Below, piece by piece: positions 1 to 8,726 of a stretch of 64,000 bases of DNA. The first letter of the stretch is position 1, and every line of letters begins with the position of its first letter. The stretch is from an uncultured bacterium (lineage in GTDB: Bacteria > Acidobacteriota > Aminicenantia > Aminicenantales > Aminicenantaceae). The stretch lies in the NCBI GenBank assembly GCA_965533275.1, contig CBESWG010000009.1, positions 6,300 to 70,299 on the forward strand. Reading direction: 5' to 3'. Below the pieces are notes generated by a model. That model saw only the letters and a list, made by a program, of their open reading frames with translations. It was not told the origin of the DNA and did no database searches. The position numbers and the translations under genes are program-made.

Positions 1-501
1 GATCCCCGGACCGAACTTGCGGAACAGGCCGGCAAACAAGTAGAAGCGGAGAGAACGGCTGATGGCGGATGCCAGGATGAAGAGGGGAAAGTTGAGCTTG
101 AAGACTCCGGAGGCGATGGTGAATATCTTGTAGGGGATGGGTGTAAATCCTGCCAGGAACACATACAGGAAGCCGTCATTCTGGTAATGGATCATGATCT
201 TCTGGAAGCCTTCCTCGGTGAAGCCCGGCACATATTTGAAAAAGAATGGCGCCACTGGCTCCCATACTGCATACCCGATCAGGTAGCCGATGGCCCCGCC
301 CAGCACGGAAGCGACTGAGCAGATGAACGCGAAACGCCAGGATTTTGTGATGGCGCCCAGACAGAGCGCTATAAGCAGCGGATCGGGCGGGATCGGGAAG
401 AAGGAACTTTCCGCCAGGGCCAGCACAAACAGTGCGATGGGGCCGTAGGGAGTTTCCGCCCAGTGCAGGACCCACTCATAGAGCTTACGAAATAATTTCA
501 C
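1..501 (-). CDS. DedA/YqaA-family membrane protein (SNARE-associated domain), partial; C-terminus lies beyond the window start
   Basis: Manual translation of the minus strand from GTG at 501 gives VKLFRKLYEWVLHWAETPYGPIALFVLALAESSFFPIPPDPLLIAL..GYLIGY.., a hydrophobic protein with the characteristic DedA motif. The frame is absent from the ORF track because of the GTG start; the listed 176..475 ORF is the wrong frame (low complexity). The start overlaps the surE stop by 17 nt. Confidence 0.7.
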   Translation of the reverse strand, partial: MKLFRKLYEWVLHWAETPYGPIALFVLALAESSFFPIPPDPLLIALCLGAITKSWRFAFICSVASVLGGAIGYLIGYAVWEPVAPFFFKYVPGFTEEGFQKIMIHYQNDGFLYVFLAGFTPIPYKIFTIASGVFKLNFPLFILASAISRSLRFYLFAGLFRKFGPGI

Positions 502-1273
502 GATTCACCTTGTCCAGAATATCCTCCCATGTCCCGGACTCGAGGAGGGGATAGGCGGTCAGGTCGCGGTGGAGGGGCGTGACGGTGATGTAGCCATCCT
601 GGATGAGCATGACATCGCTGTCTCTGCCTCCTATCGCCTGGGGGGTCCCGGTGCCGATCCAGTAGTAGTCGCGTCCTCGCGGATCTGTCTTCACGATGAT
701 CTCGGGGTGATAGCGCTTCTGTCCCAGCTTGGCCAGCCGGATGCCCTTCACAGGGGGTGCCGGGATGTTGACGTTGAGGGTTATGCCCTCGGGCAGCGGA
801 CGTTCGAGGAGGTCTCGACTGAGTGAGTACACCACCCTGCTGGAGAACTCGAAAAAACAGGTTCCCTCTCGATCGGGCAGGTGGGAAACGGCGAGGGAAG
901 GGATCTGGAGGAACGTTCCCTGTACCGCACCACCCACAGTCCCAGAGTAGGAGGTGTCCTGCTGGCCCAGATTGGGGCCGCGGTTGATCCCCGAGATAAG
1001 GAGGCTTGGCGTCCTGGGCAGGAGCTTGCGGACGGCCAGGTACACGCAGTCCGTCGGGGTCCCATCCACGGCGTACACACGGTCCCGGATGGTCTTCACC
1101 CTGAGGGGATGATGAAGTGTCAGCGCCAGGGAGGTGGCACTCTGCTCCCGGTCTGGCGCCACGATGTACACATCGGCTTCCAGGTCTTGAAGGCGCTCGA
1201 AAAGGGCCTGGATTCCCTCAGCATAGAATCCATCGTCGTTGGTCAGGAGGATGAGCGGCCGTGTATCGTCCAT
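485..1273 (-). CDS. surE: 5'/3'-nucleotidase SurE
   Basis: 262 aa with N-terminal ILLTNDDG and DGTPTDCV motifs typical of SurE. The ATG overlaps the upstream cupin stop (ATGA). Confidence 0.9.
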   Translation of the reverse strand: MDDTRPLILLTNDDGFYAEGIQALFERLQDLEADVYIVAPDREQSATSLALTLHHPLRVKTIRDRVYAVDGTPTDCVYLAVRKLLPRTPSLLISGINRGPNLGQQDTSYSGTVGGAVQGTFLQIPSLAVSHLPDREGTCFFEFSSRVVYSLSRDLLERPLPEGITLNVNIPAPPVKGIRLAKLGQKRYHPEIIVKTDPRGRDYYWIGTGTPQAIGGRDSDVMLIQDGYITVTPLHRDLTAYPLLESGTWEDILDKVNREIIS

Positions 1274-1593
1274 CAGGTGCGGATCATGATCAGCAGCATC
1301 TTGAATGGCTCGATCGCCTTCACGGCGTGGGGCTCGTGGGCGGGCATGATGATGAGTTCTCCCGGTTTGATCGTATACGGTGTCCCTGAGATGGTGATCT
1401 CGGCTTCACCTTCCACGCCCAGAACCGTGGCGTCGAAGGGAGCCGTATGTTCACTCAGGCCCTGGCCTGCGTCAAAAGCAAAAACCGTGAGAGTCCCGGT
1501 CTTTAAGGAAAGCAGCTCACGGCTTACGATGGATCCCTGTTGAAACTCCAGCAGTCGGGCCAGATCCAGGATTTGAGATTTCAGATCTTCCAT
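1273..1593 (-). CDS. cupin-domain protein
   Basis: The ORF was trimmed to the internal ATG at 1593 (MEDLKSQ..) because the longer ORF runs into tRNA-Pro. A GGAG sequence sits 6 nt upstream. Small beta-barrel cupin_2-like sequence (GELIIMPAHEPHAV). Confidence 0.6.
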   Translation of the reverse strand: MEDLKSQILDLARLLEFQQGSIVSRELLSLKTGTLTVFAFDAGQGLSEHTAPFDATVLGVEGEAEITISGTPYTIKPGELIIMPAHEPHAVKAIEPFKMLLIMIRT

Positions 1594-1622
1594 GCGATGG
1601 CTCCTAGAAAGAAAGAAGGAAA

Positions 1623-1699
1623 TGGTCGGGACGGGCGGATTTGAACCGCCGACCCCACGCACCCCAAGCGTGTGCGCTACCAGGCTGCGCCACGTCCCG
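1623..1699 (-). tRNA. tRNA-Pro (anticodon GGG)
   Basis: The minus-strand sequence CGGGACGTGGCGCAGCCTGGTAGCGCACACGCTTGGGGTGCGTGGGGTCGGCGGTTCAAATCCGCCCGTCCCGACCA folds as a cloverleaf with a 7 bp acceptor stem, D arm GCGC/GCGC, anticodon loop TTGGGGT, T loop TTCAAAT and an encoded CCA. It is closely similar to E. coli proK-type tRNAs. Confidence 0.85.
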
Positions 1700-1763
1700 A
1701 CCGGAAGTGAATATTATAGCAAAATGCGGATCAATTACAACCGGTTTCGTGGGAGGCTCCGAT

Positions 1764-2117
1764 TCAGAGCTTATCGAGGTCGGATGCGATGTCTTTGAGC
1801 TGGGTCCGGATCTGGTACAGGGTTTTTTTGATGCGTTCGGGGTGGACCGGCGTTTTGCTCACCAGCCCGAATTCCAGCTCGATCTTTCGTTTTGCTCCGG
1901 CCAGGGTCAGGCCTTCACTGTCCAGGAGGTTCTTCAAGCGGAGGATGATATCGAGGTCCTTCTGGCGAAAGATCTTCTTTCCCGTGCCGGTACGGCCCGC
2001 ATTGAGGAAGTAGAATTCCTGCTCCCAGGACTCTATCAGTTTGGGCTCCAGTTTGGAGAGGCGGCAGACCTCGTCGAGGGGATAGAAGAGTTTGTCCTTT
2101 TTGGCTTCGCGTGCCAT
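1764..2117 (-). CDS. MerR-family transcriptional regulator
   Basis: 117 aa with an N-terminal MerR-type HTH (LFYPLDEVCRLSKLEPKLIESWEQEF) and a C-terminal coiled coil. Confidence 0.7.
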   Translation of the reverse strand: MAREAKKDKLFYPLDEVCRLSKLEPKLIESWEQEFYFLNAGRTGTGKKIFRQKDLDIILRLKNLLDSEGLTLAGAKRKIELEFGLVSKTPVHPERIKKTLYQIRTQLKDIASDLDKL

Positions 2118-2251
2118 TTGACTTCCGTGGCCATCGTAAAGTTAGCATGGATCGGGTATGAGGTCAAGATGCGAAAACCGCAGCTGCGGCATGATGAAAT
2201 GTATCAGTCGCTTCCGGGATTTGGTATAATCAAAGACGAATAGGAACCCCC

Positions 2252-3571
2252 ATGCCTGCCGATCCAGGGAAGACGCACACGCCGCTGGCGGAACGGATGC
2301 GTCCCCAAACGCTGGAACAGTTTTATGGTCAGGACCACATCATGGGTGAGGGAAAGATCCTCCCCCAGCTGATCAAGTCGGATCAGTTGGTCTCGCTGAT
2401 CTTCTGGGGCCCCCCAGGGTCAGGCAAGACCACACTGGCTTTCCTGCTCGCCGGGCGTTTCGATTTTCCCAGTGTGTTTTTTTCGGCGGTCCTCTCGAGT
2501 ATCAAAGAGGTCAAAAAGGTGATGGCCGAGGCAGAGGATCACCGCCGGCTCTACCGGCAGCCGACCGTTCTCTTCATCGATGAGATCCACCGTTTTCACA
2601 AGGGGCAGCAGGCCGCCTTCCTCCCTTATGTTGAACGAGGGGACATCATCCTGTTCGGCTCCACCACAGAGAATCCCTCTTTCGAAGTGATCGCCCCCCT
2701 GCTCTCGCGCACCAAAGTGTTGGTACTCAATCCCCTGACGGAGGCCACGCTGGGCCGCATCCTGGAAGAGACGCTGGCGGATGAGGAGCGCGGCTTGGGG
2801 AGCCGGAAGCTCCGGATCGGACCAGAGGCCCTCAAGAGTATAGTAGACTATGCCAATGGAGATGCACGCAGGGCCCTCAATACACTGGAGATCGCGGCCG
2901 GGCTGGCGGAGCAGGACGAGATCACCGTACCAGAAGTCCAGGAAGCCCTCCAGAAGCGCATCCTGCTCTATGACAAGGGCGGAGAAGAACACTTCAATCT
3001 GATCTCCGCCCTTCACAAGAGCCTCCGCAACAGCGATGTGGACGCCTCTCTGTACTGGCTGGCTCGGATGCTGTCTGCTGGGGAGGACCCCAGGTATATT
3101 GTCCGGCGCCTGGTCCGGTTCGCCTCGGAAGATGTCGGGCTGGCCGATCCGACGGCTCTGTCCCTGACCCTGAACGCCAGGGACGCCTATGATTTCCTGG
3201 GATCACCCGAGGGAGAACTGGCAGTGGCCCAGGCTGTGGTCTACCTAGCTTCCGCCCCCAAGAGCAACCGCGCCTACATTGCCTTCGGCCAGGCGATGAA
3301 GGATGTGGAGAACAGCCCCCATGAACCGGTCCCCCTGCACCTGCGCAATCCGGTGACTGACTTGATGAAAGACACGGGATATGGGCAGGATTATCAGTAT
3401 GCCCACGACAATCCCTTCTCTACCACGGAAATGGAGACCTTCCCTGAGCGGTTGAGGGGGCGCCGCTATTACCATCCGGGCGATCTTGGCCTGGAGCGCG
3501 AGATCAAAAAACGGATGGAGTGGTGGTCGGGCCTGAAGTCACGTCTGAAAGATAAGGGCGGCGATGACTAG
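2252..3571 (+). CDS. rarA: replication-associated recombination protein A (AAA+ ATPase RarA/MgsA)
   Basis: 439 aa with Walker A GPPGSGKTTLA, Walker B LFIDEIHRF, and a C-terminal MgsA helical domain. Confidence 0.9.
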   Translation: MPADPGKTHTPLAERMRPQTLEQFYGQDHIMGEGKILPQLIKSDQLVSLIFWGPPGSGKTTLAFLLAGRFDFPSVFFSAVLSSIKEVKKVMAEAEDHRRLYRQPTVLFIDEIHRFHKGQQAAFLPYVERGDIILFGSTTENPSFEVIAPLLSRTKVLVLNPLTEATLGRILEETLADEERGLGSRKLRIGPEALKSIVDYANGDARRALNTLEIAAGLAEQDEITVPEVQEALQKRILLYDKGGEEHFNLISALHKSLRNSDVDASLYWLARMLSAGEDPRYIVRRLVRFASEDVGLADPTALSLTLNARDAYDFLGSPEGELAVAQAVVYLASAPKSNRAYIAFGQAMKDVENSPHEPVPLHLRNPVTDLMKDTGYGQDYQYAHDNPFSTTEMETFPERLRGRRYYHPGDLGLEREIKKRMEWWSGLKSRLKDKGGDD

Positions 3572-3747
3572 TCCTTGTCCTCTTTGAGCAGGTAGTAGAT
3601 CTCCCAGGAGATTTCGTCTGCCAGGCAGCCGAGACAGGATTTTTCCGTAGTGGCCAGCTCTTCGTCCTCGATCTTGTCCTTGATGATCTTTTTCACCCGT
3701 TTCCGGATCTTATAGAGGAAGATGTAGTTGATCATCGGCGGCTGCAT
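3568..3747 (-). CDS. hypothetical small protein (59 aa, single CxxC)
   Basis: Sub-threshold ORF MQPPMINYIFLYKIRKRVKKIIKDKIEDEELATTEKSCLGCLADEISWEIYYLLKEDKD, not in the ORF track. It fills the gap between rarA and the PQQ-repeat gene. Coding status is unproven. Confidence 0.3.
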   Translation of the reverse strand: MQPPMINYIFLYKIRKRVKKIIKDKIEDEELATTEKSCLGCLADEISWEIYYLLKEDKD

Positions 3748-3800
3748 GAATGATATCAGCTTGGTATTGGCATGTAAAGATTGAGCCGGCGAAGGGAAAA

Positions 3801-5228
3801 ATGCTAAAATACCTCACACCCTGCATGAGAAAAATCTGGATTCCGTTTCTGCTCCTGGTCCTGCTTTCCTCCTGTTCGCTTTTCCGGGCTCGTGTAGAGC
3901 CTTATCCCGAAGGCATCATCTTCCCCCTGACCCCGGCTCATACACTCGATTATGAGGGCGAGGTCCGTGAGTCTCTCCTGCTCCGGGACGGCCGGTTGTA
4001 TCTCGCCACACATGAGGGCCATGTGTATGCCGTGGATGCCGGAGAACCGAAGATCGAGTGGGAGTTCCAGATGCGTGCTGCCGGGGCGGGACCCGTATCT
4101 CTTGGGGAAGAGCATGTGTATTCCCGGGATATGGAGGGCAGGGTGTACTGCCTCGATGCAGAGGGAAACTCTCTCTGGGAGGTGTCCCTGTCCGAACCTT
4201 CTTCAGCGGGAATGTGTGAGGGGGACGGACACCTGTATCTGGCAACAGAGGCCGGGAAACTGTTGGCCTTGAACCTGGACACCGGCGGTCCGGCCTGGAG
4301 TTTCCAGGCCGAAGATGGGATCCAGTGCGAGCCGGCCTGCGGCCCGGGGATCGTCGCATTCGGATGCGAGGACGGAAATGTCTATGTGCTCCGTACGGAC
4401 GGGAGCCCGGTGGGTCGGATCCCGACGGAGGGTCCGGTACGAGGCGGCCTGCTGATCAACGGCGACCGGCTCTATTTCGGCTCGTCCGATCATTTCCTCT
4501 ACTGTGTGAGCCTGCCCGATCTCAAGATGAGATGGAAGGTTCGGACCGGGGGGCCAGTGGAGGCACGACCCGTGATGGACGGGGGGCGGGTTTATGTCGT
4601 CAGCCGGAACAATGTGCTGTACTGTCTGGCGCGCAGGAGTGGCACGGTGCTGTGGTGGAAACACGTGCCGGCCCGTAGCCGGTTTCGTCCCGAGATCATC
4701 GACGACCGCATCACGGCTGCCTCACTGTCCACCCGGCTGGTCTGTTTCGATGTCCAGAATGGCGAAAGCCGCGGAACCTACGAGGCCCCCGTGGAGCTTC
4801 GCGCCAACCCGGTCTGGTCGGCCCCCCATCTGATCCTGGCCCACTATGACCGGGAGACCGGCCTGGGACGTCTTTCCTTCCTGAAAAAGGAGGTCAAGGC
4901 GACCATCGTGTTTTCCAAGACGTCTCCTCAACCACCCAACGAAGAGATCCAGGTCAAGGCCGAGGCCACCGGATTTTATAAACCGCAGTATACCTTCTTC
5001 CTGACCCGGTATCTGATGCTCAACTATGGATTGTACTTCTATTTACCGGCATTGGAAGGGGAGGAGCGTCAGCTCGTACAGGATCGGTCGGAAGCGGCCA
5101 CCTGGGACTGGTTCCCGGAGGAACTCGGCGTTTACATCGTCGAGGTGGATGTGGAAGACGAAAAGGAAACCGCCTCCTCGGCGGCAGCTTTCCCGATAGA
5201 GAAAGGAGGATCCAATGCAGCGCGATGA
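3801..5228 (+). CDS. PQQ-like beta-propeller repeat lipoprotein (BamB-like fold)
   Basis: Start chosen at the ATG at 3801, preceded by GAAGGGA. There is a signal peptide with a lipobox (LLVLLSSC). Repeats of G.VYA.D...G..LW are typical of PQQ/WD-like propellers. The C-terminal ~150 aa have no recognised domain. Confidence 0.7.
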   Translation: MLKYLTPCMRKIWIPFLLLVLLSSCSLFRARVEPYPEGIIFPLTPAHTLDYEGEVRESLLLRDGRLYLATHEGHVYAVDAGEPKIEWEFQMRAAGAGPVSLGEEHVYSRDMEGRVYCLDAEGNSLWEVSLSEPSSAGMCEGDGHLYLATEAGKLLALNLDTGGPAWSFQAEDGIQCEPACGPGIVAFGCEDGNVYVLRTDGSPVGRIPTEGPVRGGLLINGDRLYFGSSDHFLYCVSLPDLKMRWKVRTGGPVEARPVMDGGRVYVVSRNNVLYCLARRSGTVLWWKHVPARSRFRPEIIDDRITAASLSTRLVCFDVQNGESRGTYEAPVELRANPVWSAPHLILAHYDRETGLGRLSFLKKEVKATIVFSKTSPQPPNEEIQVKAEATGFYKPQYTFFLTRYLMLNYGLYFYLPALEGEERQLVQDRSEAATWDWFPEELGVYIVEVDVEDEKETASSAAAFPIEKGGSNAAR

Positions 5229-5763
5229 AGCACTGTCGCTGGTCAAACAGCATCTCAAGAACAAGAACCTGATCAAACACTGCCTGTCCGTGGAGGCCTG
5301 CATGCGTGCCATGGCAGAGAAAATCGGCGATGACGTAGAGAAGTGGGGGCTGGCCGGGATCCTGCACGACCTGGACTACGAGGTGACGGAAAAGAGCCCC
5401 GAGAGGCACACACAGGAGACACTGAAAATCCTGGAATCGTATGCCCTGGATCCCGACATCATCCGCGCGATCGAGGCACACGCCGGGATGATCCCCTGCG
5501 AGAAACCCATGGAATGGGTGATCTTTGCGGTCGATCCCCTCACCGGTCTGATCATAGCCGCCACACTCATGCATCCCGACCGCAAACTCTCCTCCATCGA
5601 CCTGGCATTCGTGAAGCGCCGCTACAAGGAAAAAAGTTTCGCCAGGGGAGCGCGCCGCGGGGACATCGAACAGATCCGGATGGTCGCGGGCATGGAGCTG
5701 GATCCCTTCATCGATATCTGCATCAGGGCCATGCAGGAGATCCACGAAGACCTGGGTCTGTAG
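5215..5763 (+). CDS. HD-domain (HDIG) phosphohydrolase
   Basis: 182 aa with the H...HD motif (AGILHDLDY) and a later conserved His/Asp. Confidence 0.7.
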   Translation: MQRDEALSLVKQHLKNKNLIKHCLSVEACMRAMAEKIGDDVEKWGLAGILHDLDYEVTEKSPERHTQETLKILESYALDPDIIRAIEAHAGMIPCEKPMEWVIFAVDPLTGLIIAATLMHPDRKLSSIDLAFVKRRYKEKSFARGARRGDIEQIRMVAGMELDPFIDICIRAMQEIHEDLGL

Positions 5764-5780
5764 GAGTAAGGCGGATAGGC

Positions 5781-6269
5781 ATGCGGATCGTCGCCTTTGT
5801 AGGTGCTTCTGACAGCGGCAAGACTCGCCTCATACTGAGGTTGATCGAGGAATTCAGCCGGAGAGGGAAGCAGGTCGGGGTGATCAAGCACTGCCATGAG
5901 GACTTCGATCTGGATCGGGAGGGGAAAGACAGCTCCCGCTTCTGGGAAAGGGGAGCCGCTGGGATCGCGCTGCTTTCTCCCTCTCGCTGGGCGGTCATCA
6001 GCCGGATCCCGCCGGAGAGATCCGCCGTGGAGCTGGCGAACCGGCTGTTCCCCGACCAGGACATCGTCCTCGTGGAGGGGGGGAAACACGACAGGAGCAT
6101 TCCCAGGATCGCCGTGGACCGATCCCCTTCCGGGACCGGTCCCTCGCCGGATCCGGCCGAAGTGGTGGCCGTTGTGTCCGAAGCGGATAATTTTCGAGGA
6201 AAGCCGGTCTTCCATCCCGACCAGATCCGGGAGATCGCCGATTTCATTTGGAACGGGGGAGCGACATGA
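5781..6269 (+). CDS. mobB: molybdopterin-guanine dinucleotide biosynthesis adapter protein MobB
   Basis: True start is the ATG at 5781 (MRIVAFVGASDSGKTRL, P-loop), preceded by AGGAG. The 308 aa ORF-track version has a spurious Arg/Gly-rich extension that overlaps the HD gene. Confidence 0.8.
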   Translation: MRIVAFVGASDSGKTRLILRLIEEFSRRGKQVGVIKHCHEDFDLDREGKDSSRFWERGAAGIALLSPSRWAVISRIPPERSAVELANRLFPDQDIVLVEGGKHDRSIPRIAVDRSPSGTGPSPDPAEVVAVVSEADNFRGKPVFHPDQIREIADFIWNGGAT

Positions 6270-6553
6270 GATTACGTGTTGAGGGACAGGACGTGCGATT
6301 GAACGAGTTCGTGACGCGTATTTTGGCCAATGTTACGGAGGGCATCTGCCGGTCGCTGGATGACTTCCCGCAGGATGCTCGAACGATCGTCTTCAAAGCA
6401 GAGGCCGGGACCGGGATCACGCTGGAGGTCGACGGTTCTCGGGTAAGGATGAATGCATTCGTTGAGGAAATCGTGGGCAACATTTTACGGGCCATGGTCG
6501 CCTCTTTGGGGGATGTCCCGTCCGTGCCCCAAAGCATCGAACTGGCGCTCTAG
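6266..6553 (+). CDS. hypothetical small protein with an internal tandem duplication
   Basis: Start at the ATG at 6266, overlapping the mobB stop (ATGA). There are two ~35 aa halves: LRVEGQDVRLNEFVTRILANVTEGICRSLDDFP and LEVDGSRVRMNAFVEEIVGNILRAMVASLGDVP. No recognised family. Confidence 0.45.
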   Translation: MRLRVEGQDVRLNEFVTRILANVTEGICRSLDDFPQDARTIVFKAEAGTGITLEVDGSRVRMNAFVEEIVGNILRAMVASLGDVPSVPQSIELAL

Positions 6554-8505
6554 AACACGTCAGCCTGGAACCCGAGCTCGAAATAACGCCCGCGCCAGGG
6601 AAATCCCAGCTCTGAGTAAATGTGGGTGTCGAGTATGTTGGTGAGGCGCCCAAAGATCTCGAAACGTCCGAAGGTATAGGCCGCCACCGCATCCAGGTTG
6701 AAATAGGCAGGCATCTCCACCAGTTCGTCGTCCGAACCAAGCCAATAGGAGCGCGATGCATAGAGTCCGTAGAGGGAGAGCCTGAGGCTGGAGACCGGGT
6801 ACACCCGGCCCTCGAAATTGAGGTTGTGCTGGGAGATCACCGGGAGAGGCCTGTCTTCGCTCACGTTCCAGGGATCCAGGAAGGTGTAGTTGATGGTCGC
6901 CGCGCCCCAGCGCACGGATTTCTGTGCCTGCAGCTCGAAGCCATGGATGCGGGCCTCTCCGATGTTGAAGTATCGGCGCTGGAAGTTGAATTCCGGCAGG
7001 CGGACGCTGTCGATCAGGTCCTTGAAATACTGCAGAAAACCGGATGCCGTGAAGTAAAACTCCCGGTTATAAGTGAGGCTGAGCTCCCATACGGTGCCGG
7101 ACTCGCTCAAGAGGTCGGGATTTCCGGAACCGGATGAGTACAGGGAACGCATGGAGGGGAAGCGGGACTTCTGAGAGAAGGAGGCGTGGACATCCAGCCA
7201 AGGATAGGGCGTGAATTTGAGGCCGAGCAGGGGATTGAGCTTGGTGGTGCTTTCTCCTTCGAATTTATCCAGGTGGTCGAGGCTGAGCCCTCCGATCAGC
7301 TGCCAGTCGTCCAGGAAGGACACGTGGTCCTCGATACCCAGGGAAACGGTCAGCTGGTCGAAGGCCTGCCAGGGATCTCCCGCATCGTCCTGCGTGCGCA
7401 CATCGTCGCCCTTGTAGTCGAAGCTCACCTTGAGCTGGTTCGTAGGGCTGAGAAACAGGTCCGCCAGGGCGAAGAGGCCGTGGACCGCATTGTTGTGCGT
7501 ACTCTCGAAGCGGATCTCCTCCAGCTCGGGATTGTTGTACATGGCGAGCGTGTTGTTGTAGCGCGTATAGTACGCACGGAAGCGGGCCATGGATCGATCG
7601 CCCACCATGCTGTATCCACCGGCATTGATGGTGTAGCGGTCCCAGTTCTTGAACCGCCAGTACCTGGCTTTTCCGCCTTCCAGCGCGGGCGGCATGCCGT
7701 ACTCGGAGAGATAGGCCCCGACGTTGAACAGGATCTCTGACTGGTTGGTGGGATTGACATAGAATTTTCCGTTGAAATTGAACCGCTGGTAATCCGTGTT
7801 GGTGCGCTGGGTCCTATCCCCGGAAGCCTGGCCCGGGTAGTCGTATCCGTCTGAATCCTGGTAGAGCAGCCCTCCCGAGAATCCCAGCCGGTTTGCCATG
7901 TAGCCCGTGTTGATTCCGATGTTCCGGGTGTTGCGTTCTCCGTAAGAGCTCTTGAAGGACAGGCGAAGCTGATCGGTGGGGCGTTGTGTGATGATGTTGA
8001 CGATCCCTCCCAGCGTATTCGCGCCGTACAGGACCGAGGACGGCCCCTTGGTGATCTGGAGGCTGTCGATCCCATCCGTGCTGATCGTTTTCAGGTCGAA
8101 GCTGCCGTAATAGGGTTCGTATGAGGGGACGCCGTTGATGAGCATGGCGATCCGCTTGTCGTCCACGCCCCTCAGCTTCAGGGTGTACGTCGATTTGTCT
8201 CCAAAGGACACGCTGACGCCCGGGGCATACCGGATGCCCTCGGAGAGATCCAGGGGCTTGAGACGCTCGACAAAGGTATCATCCAGCACGGTCACGGTGG
8301 AGACAGGGCGCTCCTTGGGAACCTCGCTCACAACCAGTATCTCTTCTGTGATGACGGGCGGTTTGGTTTCCTGCCGGCCCTTCTCCTGCTTTGAAGCCTG
8401 TTTATTTTGTTCCTGAGCCGAGAGGCCTGGGGGAACGACCAGGAGGGCCATGAGAGCGATCAAGGCCAGCCGAAATATGAGGGAAGGGCGAATTTGCGGA
8501 TCCAT
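6550..8505 (-). CDS. TonB-dependent outer-membrane receptor
   Basis: 651 aa with a signal peptide, an N-terminal plug region, a long beta-barrel with regular aromatic residues, and a C-terminal terminal Phe (..GFQADVF). Confidence 0.85.
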   Translation of the reverse strand: MDPQIRPSLIFRLALIALMALLVVPPGLSAQEQNKQASKQEKGRQETKPPVITEEILVVSEVPKERPVSTVTVLDDTFVERLKPLDLSEGIRYAPGVSVSFGDKSTYTLKLRGVDDKRIAMLINGVPSYEPYYGSFDLKTISTDGIDSLQITKGPSSVLYGANTLGGIVNIITQRPTDQLRLSFKSSYGERNTRNIGINTGYMANRLGFSGGLLYQDSDGYDYPGQASGDRTQRTNTDYQRFNFNGKFYVNPTNQSEILFNVGAYLSEYGMPPALEGGKARYWRFKNWDRYTINAGGYSMVGDRSMARFRAYYTRYNNTLAMYNNPELEEIRFESTHNNAVHGLFALADLFLSPTNQLKVSFDYKGDDVRTQDDAGDPWQAFDQLTVSLGIEDHVSFLDDWQLIGGLSLDHLDKFEGESTTKLNPLLGLKFTPYPWLDVHASFSQKSRFPSMRSLYSSGSGNPDLLSESGTVWELSLTYNREFYFTASGFLQYFKDLIDSVRLPEFNFQRRYFNIGEARIHGFELQAQKSVRWGAATINYTFLDPWNVSEDRPLPVISQHNLNFEGRVYPVSSLRLSLYGLYASRSYWLGSDDELVEMPAYFNLDAVAAYTFGRFEIFGRLTNILDTHIYSELGFPWRGRYFELGFQADVF

Positions 8506-8726
8506 GGTGTCTCCTTTACAAGCACGGAAGGCAAGACCGTTTCCCGTCTTACCCTATCGGTCAAAGGGCCTGGCAACCGGCTTTAGCGCCTTTGACTCGG
8601 AGCAACGATACAATTTAGCAGATATGAGGCCTCGAGTCCATCCACAACTTTGGTCCCAGGGACGGAAAATACCAGGTGGCGAATCCTGGGTTGGTCACAG
8701 GCTCCGGGTAGCCTGACGCGGATAGG

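Noticed and set aside
1592-2243. Plus-strand ORFs (68 aa and 200 aa) overlapping tRNA-Pro and the MerR gene
   Set aside because: They start inside or run across the tRNA-Pro gene and are antisense to the MerR regulator. No motifs.
5343-5780. N-terminal 146-aa extension of the mobB ORF
   Set aside because: The extension is an Arg/Gly/Pro-rich low-complexity stretch that overlaps the HD-domain gene in another frame. A proper RBS and P-loop N-terminus occur at the internal ATG at 5781.
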